This document shows positions 39,216 to 47,943 of a stretch of DNA of 56,360 nucleotides, in pieces; positions within the stretch are counted from its first letter, which is position 1, and each line of letters begins with the position of its first letter. The notes beneath the pieces are model-generated. The model saw only the letters and a program-made list of their open reading frames with translations, was not told the origin of the DNA and searched no databases. Where the stretch lies: positions 1 to 56,360 of the forward strand of contig CALXBS010000005.1 in the NCBI GenBank assembly GCA_944386605.1, read 5' to 3'. Origin of the DNA: an uncultured Clostridia bacterium (GTDB lineage: Bacteria; Bacillota; Clostridia; TANB77; CAG-465). Made by a program: the position numbers and the translations under genes.

Positions 39216-40517
39216 ATGGAACTTTCGACTATATTATTATTGGTCATTATTGGACTTTTAATTTTAAATATAATATGTGTTTTTATGACTAGAAAAAAGA
39301 CAACACAGTCTAAAGAATTTATTCAAGAATTTAATGCCATTCGACAAGAATTATCTACGATGTTAATGCAAACACGTGAAGAAATTCAAAGAAATCTTGG
39401 AAATAAAATCAATGAGAATGCAACAAATGAGCAAATGCAACTTGCAAATTTAACCAATTTAAATGAAACAAAACTTGAAAATACACGTAAAAATATGGAA
39501 GAAAAATTAGAGGCAATTCGTAAAACAGTGGAAGATAGACTATTTATTTTGCAAAAAGATAATAATGAGAAACTAGAAAAAATGCGTGTAACCGTAGATG
39601 AAAAGTTACAATCTACTTTAGAGCAAAGACTTGGTGAGTCATTTAAAATTGTTAATGATCGATTGGAATCTGTATATAAAGGATTAGGAGAAATGCAGAC
39701 ACTTGCACAAGGTGTAGGGGATCTAAAAAAAGTCTTTACCAATGTAAAATCAAGAGGATATTGGGGAGAAATTCAGTTAAGCAATATTTTGGAACAATTT
39801 TTAACTAAAGAACAATATGCTACTAATGTAAAGACAAAACCAAAATCAAACGATTTAGTAGAATTTGCTATTAAATTGCCAGGAAAAAATGATCATGAAT
39901 TTGTATGGCTTCCTGTCGATTCTAAATTCCCTATAGAGGATTATTCAAGACTTGTAGAAGCAGAAGAAGTAGGAGATGTTGCTTTAATACAAGAGTCTAG
40001 AAAAAAATTAGAAAATTCTATTAAATTATTTGCAAAAGATATTTATGAGAAATATATTGAAGTACCTTATACAACGGATTTTGGTATTATGTTTTTACCA
40101 ACTGAAAGTTTGTATTGTGAAGTGTTAAAAAATACAGGACTTTGTGAAACGATTTCTCAAAAGTATAGGATCGTAGTGTCTGGCCCATCTACTTTTGTAG
40201 CACTTCTTAATAGTTTGCAAATGGGCTTTAAAACACTTGCTATTGAAAAAAGAACAAGTGAGGTTTGGCAGCTACTTGGTATTGTCAAATCAGAATTTGC
40301 AAAATTTGGTGAATTACTAGATAAAACGAATAAGAAACTTCTTGAAATTTCTTCTACTATGGAACTTGCTTCTAAAAAGACAAGAACGATTGAAAGAAAG
40401 TTAAAACGTGTAGAAGCGTTACCTGTTCCAAACGAGACAGAATTTTATGAATTAGATACGCCTACAGAAGGATTATTAGAAGAGATAGAAAATGAATCAG
40501 AAGTAACAGAAGAATAA
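39216..40517 (+). CDS. rmuC: DNA recombination protein RmuC
   Basis: N-terminal TM and coiled coil; NVK.RG.WGEIQL, VDSKFP.EDY, TTDFGIMFLPTE.LY and NSLQMGF.TLAI. Promoter TTGACA-17-TATAAT at 39159-39187. Confidence 0.93.
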   Translation: MELSTILLLVIIGLLILNIICVFMTRKKTTQSKEFIQEFNAIRQELSTMLMQTREEIQRNLGNKINENATNEQMQLANLTNLNETKLENTRKNMEEKLEAIRKTVEDRLFILQKDNNEKLEKMRVTVDEKLQSTLEQRLGESFKIVNDRLESVYKGLGEMQTLAQGVGDLKKVFTNVKSRGYWGEIQLSNILEQFLTKEQYATNVKTKPKSNDLVEFAIKLPGKNDHEFVWLPVDSKFPIEDYSRLVEAEEVGDVALIQESRKKLENSIKLFAKDIYEKYIEVPYTTDFGIMFLPTESLYCEVLKNTGLCETISQKYRIVVSGPSTFVALLNSLQMGFKTLAIEKRTSEVWQLLGIVKSEFAKFGELLDKTNKKLLEISSTMELASKKTRTIERKLKRVEALPVPNETEFYELDTPTEGLLEEIENESEVTEE

Positions 40518-40669
40518 AAAAGAAAGTAACCTCTTTTTTCAGAAAAAATATTATGTTTCTTGTATCATGAGAATAAAAAAAAACACTTGTAATAGGTTGA
40601 TTTAATTTTTTACATTTGATATACTAAACGTATATTTTGTATTTACCTGAAATGGGGGTTGCTTTCTAT

Positions 40670-43600
40670 ATGGAAAAAGAACAATATGGTTTAACTTTTC
40701 CTCAGAAAAATATTTGGTTAGTTGAAAAATATCACAAAGATATAGGAATTAACACTTTAATAGGAATTGTAAACATAAAAAGAGATTTTAATGCAAAAAC
40801 GTGTATTTTGGCATTAAATGATCTTCTTAAATATGATGAAAATATGAGAATAAGAGTAGATTTTGATGGAGAAAAAGCTACTCAATATGTTGCTGACTAT
40901 GAAGTAGAAGAAATAGAGATTGTAGATATGTCTAAATACTCTGATCAAGAAATAGAGGAGTATACTCAAAAATTGGCATCGCATTCTCTTTTTTTGTTAA
41001 ATGAGAAGCTATTTACTTTTAAAATATTTGAGTATCAAGATGGGACAGGAGCAGTTTGTTTTGCTTTGCACCATATTATGAGTGACGCATGGTCTGGCGG
41101 ATTGATTGTTTCTAAATTTGTAAAATATTATGAATTAGAAAAGAAAGGACAACCATTAAGTGAAGAAGTAATTCCTTCCTATTTAGACTATGTGGTAACA
41201 GAAAAAGAATATGCAGAGTCAGAAAAATATCAGAAAGATCAAGCTTTTTGGGAAGAATATCTAGCGGGAACGCCAAAAGTTGCTAGTTTAAAAAAAGTAA
41301 CAAAGAAAAGAAAAAATCATGCACAAAGATATAGTGTGATATTAGAACAGGATTTTAATCAAAAATTATTAGAGTTTTGCAAAGAAAACCGTATTTCTCC
41401 ATATACACTTTTTATGTGTATTCTTGGTATCTATATTTACAAAACCACTTATTTAGAAGATTTTATCATAGGAACACCTGTATTAAATCGTGGAAATTTT
41501 AAAGAAAAAAATATGATTGGCATGTTTGTATCTACCATTCCTTATCGTATGAAGATAACAGGGGAAGAAGAGGTTATGTCTTTTTGTAAGGAAACTACTA
41601 GAAATATTATGACTATTTTTAGACACCAGAAATACCCTTATTCAGAGATGTTAGAGTATGTTCATAAAAATACAAGTTTAAAGAGTAATCTTTACCAAAT
41701 TGTTCTTTCTTACCAAAATGCAAGAGCAGATTACCAAGGGTTAGAGGATTATTCTGCAACTTGGCATTTTAATCATTTATTAAATGAGGAATTACAGATA
41801 CATATTACAGATTTAAATAACAATGGTATATTAGAGATTTATTATGATTATTTAACCGATACTTTTTCAGAAGAGGAAATCAAACTGATCCATTTAAGAC
41901 TAATGAAGTTATTAAAAGATATAATGGATAAAGTGGATATGAAAATAAAAGAAGTGGATCTTGTTCCGGAGGAAGAAAAGAGATTATTGCAAGAGTTTAA
42001 TGTTACAAGTGTTCCTTATCCAAAAGAAAAGACAGTTGTTACTTTGTTAGAGGAACAAAAAGAAAAAACACCTGAAAATATTGCTCTCATTTATGGCAAT
42101 GAGAAAATGTCTTATCAAGAGCTTTGTCAAAGGATCGATCAATTTGCTTCTAATTTACAAGATATCAAAGGGGAAAATATTTTGGTATATGCTAAGAATT
42201 CTTTTGAAGTAGTGATTGCTATTTATGGAATTTTAAAGTCAGGAAATACCTATATTCCAGTTGGAATTGACACTCCATTAGATAGGGTTTCTCATATTAT
42301 AGAGGATAGTCATTGCCGATACGCAGTGTCTGATGTAGAGTTAAAGGATGTCATCTTACTAAATGTAAATCAAAAGAAAAATCCAAACTGGGTAAATAGG
42401 ATAGAAGCAAAGCCTCAAGATATTGCTTATATGATCTATACTTCTGGTTCTACTGGAAGACCAAAAGGTGTAAAAATTTCTCATCAGTCTCTTACAAATT
42501 ACATTTGGTGGGCAAAAAAATCGTATGTTACAACAGAACTTCCTGTTATGCCCCTTTATTCTTCTATTGGTTTTGATCTTACAGTAACAACGTTATTTAT
42601 GCCTTTAATTGCCGGTGGTACTATCCTTATTTGTAGTAATAACCATGAGGAAATTATTAATATTTTTAGACAGGATAATGTAAGTATTGTAAAATTAACA
42701 CCTGCACATTTATCGATTATTAATGAGGCAAATATTAAAATAAAAAATATTCATACATTGATATTAGGCGGAGAAGCTTTAAAAACCTCAGATGCAAAAA
42801 TGATTACGAGACTCGGAAATCGTATGAAGATTTTTAATGAATATGGCCCTACAGAAGCAACGGTTGGTTGTATGATTTATGAGTATAATGCAAAGGATAA
42901 AACAGAAACGGTTCCTATTGGAAAACCGGCAGATAATGTCTCTATTTATATTTTGGATAAAGAAAATAAATTGTGTCCTTTGGAAGTGGAGGGAGAACTT
43001 TGCATTGAGGGAGATGGCTTGGCACAAGGATATTACCATTTAGATGATATGACACGAAAAGTGTTTGTAAAAAATCCTGTAACAGGAAATAGGATGTATA
43101 AAACTGGGGATATTGCTAAGATGGGAATGGATCTTAATGTAAGGTACATTGGAAGAAAGGATCAACAAATTAAGATACATGGAAACCGAATAGAGTTAGA
43201 AGAAATTGAAAATATTGTAAAGGATGAATTTGATGTTAAAAATGCAGTCGCTACTGTTCAAAATGTATTAAATACCCCTAATATTTATTTGTATTATGTA
43301 TCTGATTATGAATATAGTGATGAAGTTTTTCAAAATAGGTTAAAAGAAGTATTACCAAGTTATATGATTCCTTTTAAATATATTAAAATTGATAAAATTC
43401 CAATTAATCGAAATGGAAAAGTGGTAAGAAAAGAATTGCCTTTACCAGAAGTAGTGATAAAAGAAGATAAAGAGGAAGTTTCGTATCAAAATGAATTAGA
43501 AGAGCTACTTTGCAAAACTTGGGAAGAATTGTTAAATATCAAAGGGGTTAGACCAACAGATCAAATTTTAGATTATGGTGTTGATTCTTTAAATATTATT

Positions 43601-44848
43601 AAATGCCAGGTAAAACTTTCTAATATTCTAGGAGTAATTGATATTCAAGCTTTTTATGATTATCCTGTGATACGTGATTTTTGCAATAATATTAGAAAGA
43701 AAAATAAAAAAGAAGAAATTTCTGTACGTGAATTAGAAAAGTACCAAGAAGTAATGCCACCTCAAAAAATTTCTTTGGAGGCAAAGGAAGGAATTATTTT
43801 AACAGGAGCTACTGGTTTTTTAGGAGTACATTTGTTAAGAGAATTTTTATTACGTAAAGAGATAAAAAAGATTTATTGTATTGTTCGAGGAATCGATTAT
43901 GAAAAAAGGCTATATAAACGTTTCTTAGAGTATTTTGGTCATGAGTATGATTCTTTATATCATGAAAAAGTACTTCCTATCAAAGGAAATATTGAAGAGG
44001 AAAATTTAGGACTTTCAGAACAAGAATTAGAACAAATTTTACCAAATGTTTTTAAAATTGTAAATGCGGCAGCTATGGTAAAACATAATGGAATTGTAAG
44101 AGAATTTCAAAGGATTAATGTGGTTAGTGTAGAAAGTTTAATTAAGCTTTGTTTAAAATATGATCTTGTACTAGATCACATTTCAACCATGAGTGTTTCA
44201 GGACAGGATGGTAGAAAAGCGTTAACAGAAGAACGTTTCTATATTGGACAAGATTACCAAATCAATCCATATATTACTTCTAAGTTTAAAGCAGAATACC
44301 TTATTTTAAAAGCACAAGATAGAAAAAAATTAAAGGCAAATATTTATCGTGTAGGAAATTTAACATGGCGCTATGCAGATGGAAAGTTTCAAGTAAATGA
44401 GAAAGATAATGCCTTTTTGATGAGTATTAAAAATATTTTAGATCTTGAGGTATATCCAAGTAGCTTTAAGAAAATAGAGCTTGAACTAACACCGGTTGAT
44501 GTAGCTTCTCATTTTATTGTTTCTTTGATGTTCCATGATTTGGATATTGTAAATAAGGTATATCATATTTGTCATTTAGATAAAGTAAAATTAACTACAT
44601 TGATCCATTGTTTAGACGTTCCGTTACAAGAAGTAGATGAAAATACGTTTTCTTTGAAAGCCAAAAACTTTGATACGGATGAAAATCGTATTTTAAATGA
44701 AGTATATCATTTTGCAAATATGTTAAAATCTAAGGTAGATAATAGAAAAACAATAGAAGAATTAGAGTCCATGGGGAAAAAATGGCCTCCGATTTCTAAA
44801 GAATATCTTGGTTATATTTTTGATATTATACATAGGGGGAAAAAATGA
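40670..44848 (+). CDS. Single-module NRPS: condensation - adenylation (Asn-type code) - thiolation - thioester reductase (C-A-T-R)
   Basis: C: LT.PQ..IW and HHIMSDAWS. A: YMIYTSGSTGRPKG, FDLTVT, NEYGPTEATV, MYKTGD, GRKD.QIKI.G.RIEL.EIE and NGK. T: GVDSL. R: ILTGATGFLGVHLL, HISTMSV and Y..SK..AE. Confidence 0.93.
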   Translation: MEKEQYGLTFPQKNIWLVEKYHKDIGINTLIGIVNIKRDFNAKTCILALNDLLKYDENMRIRVDFDGEKATQYVADYEVEEIEIVDMSKYSDQEIEEYTQKLASHSLFLLNEKLFTFKIFEYQDGTGAVCFALHHIMSDAWSGGLIVSKFVKYYELEKKGQPLSEEVIPSYLDYVVTEKEYAESEKYQKDQAFWEEYLAGTPKVASLKKVTKKRKNHAQRYSVILEQDFNQKLLEFCKENRISPYTLFMCILGIYIYKTTYLEDFIIGTPVLNRGNFKEKNMIGMFVSTIPYRMKITGEEEVMSFCKETTRNIMTIFRHQKYPYSEMLEYVHKNTSLKSNLYQIVLSYQNARADYQGLEDYSATWHFNHLLNEELQIHITDLNNNGILEIYYDYLTDTFSEEEIKLIHLRLMKLLKDIMDKVDMKIKEVDLVPEEEKRLLQEFNVTSVPYPKEKTVVTLLEEQKEKTPENIALIYGNEKMSYQELCQRIDQFASNLQDIKGENILVYAKNSFEVVIAIYGILKSGNTYIPVGIDTPLDRVSHIIEDSHCRYAVSDVELKDVILLNVNQKKNPNWVNRIEAKPQDIAYMIYTSGSTGRPKGVKISHQSLTNYIWWAKKSYVTTELPVMPLYSSIGFDLTVTTLFMPLIAGGTILICSNNHEEIINIFRQDNVSIVKLTPAHLSIINEANIKIKNIHTLILGGEALKTSDAKMITRLGNRMKIFNEYGPTEATVGCMIYEYNAKDKTETVPIGKPADNVSIYILDKENKLCPLEVEGELCIEGDGLAQGYYHLDDMTRKVFVKNPVTGNRMYKTGDIAKMGMDLNVRYIGRKDQQIKIHGNRIELEEIENIVKDEFDVKNAVATVQNVLNTPNIYLYYVSDYEYSDEVFQNRLKEVLPSYMIPFKYIKIDKIPINRNGKVVRKELPLPEVVIKEDKEEVSYQNELEELLCKTWEELLNIKGVRPTDQILDYGVDSLNIIKCQVKLSNILGVIDIQAFYDYPVIRDFCNNIRKKNKKEEISVRELEKYQEVMPPQKISLEAKEGIILTGATGFLGVHLLREFLLRKEIKKIYCIVRGIDYEKRLYKRFLEYFGHEYDSLYHEKVLPIKGNIEEENLGLSEQELEQILPNVFKIVNAAAMVKHNGIVREFQRINVVSVESLIKLCLKYDLVLDHISTMSVSGQDGRKALTEERFYIGQDYQINPYITSKFKAEYLILKAQDRKKLKANIYRVGNLTWRYADGKFQVNEKDNAFLMSIKNILDLEVYPSSFKKIELELTPVDVASHFIVSLMFHDLDIVNKVYHICHLDKVKLTTLIHCLDVPLQEVDENTFSLKAKNFDTDENRILNEVYHFANMLKSKVDNRKTIEELESMGKKWPPISKEYLGYIFDIIHRGKK

Positions 44849-46752
44849 TTAAAAAATTAAAAAAGTTAAAAGTAACTACAAAATTAATTCTCATTAATTT
44901 AGCAATGTATATCATATTTGGAGTATTGGTATATCCATTAATTCCATATTTGCTAAATTATCCACCAAATTCTATTGACAATGAATTTCAAACAACCGTT
45001 GTGGGAATGCAATATACAGAACAGTTTATCATGTTGTTTATTTTAGGTGTGGTATTGCTAAGTGCTATTTTGTATTTTTCTTTTAGAAAACTAAATCATA
45101 TTGAAGAATATAAACAGGGGAAAAGTGAGCAAGATAAGAAAAACTTGTTAAAGGTAAGAGACATTGCTGCAAATGGAATTTATCGATTGATTCCCACTAC
45201 TGTTTTGTGTATTGCAATAGGAGTAGGACTTATTCTAACACTTGCTTCTACTGAGTTTATGCTAACGGTAAAATTAACAGTAATACTTTGTATTTGGGGA
45301 GCTTTATCTAATTTGCTACTTTACGTATTTACTGCTAAAATTTTTCATAAGATATTAAATGATAGTTACTATTATATTGATCCTGATCAAGATAGTATTA
45401 AAAGGCTAGGATTAAAAAATAAAATGCGTATTCAAAATTTATCTGCAGTCCTTATTATCCTATTTATACTAACCTTTTTTGGATATTCTAGAATTCAATA
45501 TGAAAGAGGCGAATTTTTAAAAGAAAAAGAATTACGAGAATTAAATAGTATTATTTTAGAAGAAAAAGATTTGGATCATTTGATTGAAACAAGTCAAGAC
45601 AGCTATTTTATTATGACGAAAGATGGAGAAGTATTAAATGAAAATTGTGAAGTTAGTAAATTTGCAATAGAGTATATTTTGCATTTTCCAGAGATGAATA
45701 GAGTATACACACAATATGCTTCTTCTATCGAAGGTGTATATCAATTAGTTGATTACCACGGACAAGAATGTTATTTTGTAAAAATATATAATATTATGCC
45801 AAATTTTTATACCCTATATTTTGTTATATTTGACGCTGTTTTATTGCTTATTTATTATATCATTACAGGTGTATTTATTAGAAATATCAATAATGAACTT
45901 GCCATTGTTACAGACCGAATGAATGTGATTGGTGATCGTACAGATGAAATTGGAACCAAAATTGCCATTACTTCTAATGATGAGTTTAGTGATTTGGTAC
46001 GTGCATATAACAAAGTGCAGAAAAACACAGAAAATTATGTAAAAGAAATTAATGAAAAACAAGATATCATCGTAAAACAGGGACAATTAGTATCTATTGG
46101 TGAACTTGCCGGAGGAGTAGCACATGATATCAATACACCTATTTCTGCAATTAAGACAGGTATTACCATGTTAAATCAAGCAGATAATTTGACACCAGAA
46201 CAAAAAGTGATTTTAGAAAGAATGGATAGTTGCTCTACGAAAATTATTAATATTGTAAACAGTATGAGAAATCAGATTAGAAATCTTGGTTCTGATCATG
46301 TGGTTGATTTTAAAATTAGTGATGTTATTAATGATGTTAAAGTTATTACTTATCATGAAGTCACTAAAAGCAAGGCTGAGTTAAGAATAAAAATAGAAGA
46401 TGATTTGGTAATTCAAGGAGATCCAACTAAACTTGGTCAGGTATTAACCAATATGGTGGTAAATGCAGCACAAGCCTATACAAAACAAGAAGGCGGAAAA
46501 ATTGAGATTACAGTTATGAAAGCACCTAATCATTTTGCGATGATTAAGGTAACTGACTTTGCTGGAGGAATACCAGAAGAAGTACGACCATACATTTTTA
46601 AAAATATTTTAACCACAAAAGGAACTAGTGGAACAGGGCTTGGCTTGTATCTTGCTTATTCTGTTATAAAAGGAAATTTCCATGGGGATATTACCTATGA
46701 AACGAAAACGGGTGTGGGTACTACTTTCTATATCACGATTCCAAGAGCTTAA
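44845..46752 (+). CDS. Multi-TM sensor histidine kinase (HAMP-HisKA-HATPase), no adjacent response regulator
   Basis: About six hydrophobic segments, HAMP SNDEF.DL..AYN, H-box GELAGGVAHDINTP, N-box QVL.N.V.NA, D.AGGI, TTKG..GTGLGL and GT.F.I.IP. Start overlaps the NRPS stop (ATGA). Confidence 0.93.
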   Translation: MIKKLKKLKVTTKLILINLAMYIIFGVLVYPLIPYLLNYPPNSIDNEFQTTVVGMQYTEQFIMLFILGVVLLSAILYFSFRKLNHIEEYKQGKSEQDKKNLLKVRDIAANGIYRLIPTTVLCIAIGVGLILTLASTEFMLTVKLTVILCIWGALSNLLLYVFTAKIFHKILNDSYYYIDPDQDSIKRLGLKNKMRIQNLSAVLIILFILTFFGYSRIQYERGEFLKEKELRELNSIILEEKDLDHLIETSQDSYFIMTKDGEVLNENCEVSKFAIEYILHFPEMNRVYTQYASSIEGVYQLVDYHGQECYFVKIYNIMPNFYTLYFVIFDAVLLLIYYIITGVFIRNINNELAIVTDRMNVIGDRTDEIGTKIAITSNDEFSDLVRAYNKVQKNTENYVKEINEKQDIIVKQGQLVSIGELAGGVAHDINTPISAIKTGITMLNQADNLTPEQKVILERMDSCSTKIINIVNSMRNQIRNLGSDHVVDFKISDVINDVKVITYHEVTKSKAELRIKIEDDLVIQGDPTKLGQVLTNMVVNAAQAYTKQEGGKIEITVMKAPNHFAMIKVTDFAGGIPEEVRPYIFKNILTTKGTSGTGLGLYLAYSVIKGNFHGDITYETKTGVGTTFYITIPRA

Positions 46753-46821
46753 TGAATAGAAATAACGAATGAAATAATCATTAATGAACGAAAAATAAAA
46801 ATGAATAAAAGAAAAGGTAAA

Positions 46822-46852
46822 TTGGGGTGGATTTAAATTCGCTCCAATTTTT
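46822..46852 (+). terminator. Terminator of the NRPS-kinase unit; diverged third copy of the 27751/29761 hairpin
   Basis: TTGGGGTGGATTTAAATTCGCTCCAATTTTT. Confidence 0.65.
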
Positions 46853-47050
46853 ATATTTAATAATATATTTAGAATAAACATCTATAGAAACGACTTTAAC
46901 ATTATATTTTGGTTAATTGCAACTTTTTGTTGACGAACAAAAGAAATTAAAGTATAATCTATATTATGTAACTTAGTAGTTGGTCACCACATAATTGTGT
47001 GAGGAATAGGTAAGGAGGAATTTTCAAAGTGAAAATTTAGAATAAAAGAT

Positions 47051-47812
47051 ATGATTACTGTTAACCAAGCAAAAAGAGGTAAGGGCATGAAGGAAGTAAT
47101 AAAAGAACTATCATTAAAATTTGGTCTTGAGGGAATGGAAATTAAAACCACTATATCTAATGATGATCTTTTAGAGTGGGTTTTATTTAAGACAAAGTTC
47201 GAGTCTTTATATTTTAATTTCCCCGAATTAACAGAAAATGGTTTGAAATATTGCCAAGTCATTTATGAATTCAGGAGAAATGGTAAAAAAATAAAAATGG
47301 TTGTAACAGAAGAAATGCTTTATGTGGAAAGCAATATCTACTCTCTAATCAATATTGAGACAAATGATTCGGTAAATTTACTGGAAAGGAATCCTAAAGA
47401 ATTGATGGCTGCCATTCAAAAGTTTTTAAGAAGTGAGAGATCTAGAACATACTATGATGGGCTAGAGAGGTATATCACTTTAGTAAGAGAGCTAGGACTT
47501 GAGCTGAAGCAGATTAAAAATTTAGATATGAGCTCAATATGTATAGAAGAAGGAGAAATCAAACTGCTCCGTGAAGAAAAAAGATCTTTTTTTATCGAGT
47601 ATGCCTGGGGAAAATGCAAATATATTGATGAGGATTTTGAAACTTCTGAAATAACGGAGGGGAACTTTGAACTAATATTGCGTGGGAGTCTTAAAGAAAT
47701 TGAGGAGATGAAATTAAGTAAATTGTTGGCAAGAGCTAAAAAAAGAATGAAAAACATTCGCTTAAAGGTGAAGCAGTTTAATGAAAAAAATAAAAAGGAT
47801 ATCTTAGTTTAA
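47051..47812 (+). CDS. Hypothetical protein (start uncertain: 47051, 47087 or a frameshifted 47029)
   Basis: Long ORF with promoter TTGACG-17-TATAAT (46930-46958) and a terminator at 47823-47861. Confidence 0.7.
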   Translation: MITVNQAKRGKGMKEVIKELSLKFGLEGMEIKTTISNDDLLEWVLFKTKFESLYFNFPELTENGLKYCQVIYEFRRNGKKIKMVVTEEMLYVESNIYSLINIETNDSVNLLERNPKELMAAIQKFLRSERSRTYYDGLERYITLVRELGLELKQIKNLDMSSICIEEGEIKLLREEKRSFFIEYAWGKCKYIDEDFETSEITEGNFELILRGSLKEIEEMKLSKLLARAKKRMKNIRLKVKQFNEKNKKDILV

Positions 47813-47822
47813 CAGATATGAT

Positions 47823-47861
47823 AAAAAAGGTGTGTTTACTTCGGTAGGCACACCTTTTTTT
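47823..47861 (+). terminator. Rho-independent terminator with a UUCG loop
   Basis: AAAAGGTGTGTTTAC-TTCG-GTAGGCACACCTTTTTTT. Confidence 0.85.
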
Positions 47862-47943
47862 ACTCTACTTGTAGTTTATTAAAGTAGAATGTATTGTATT
47901 TAAGGACATAACATTGTAAAATAGAAGAAATGAGGTGACAATT

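Noticed and set aside
12682..46937. Spo0A-box matches (TGTCGAA at 12682-12688 between the divergent orphan promoters; TGACGAA at 46931-46937 over a -35 element)
   Set aside because: A 7-mer with one free position is expected several times by chance in 56 kb; it cannot be supported without conservation data.
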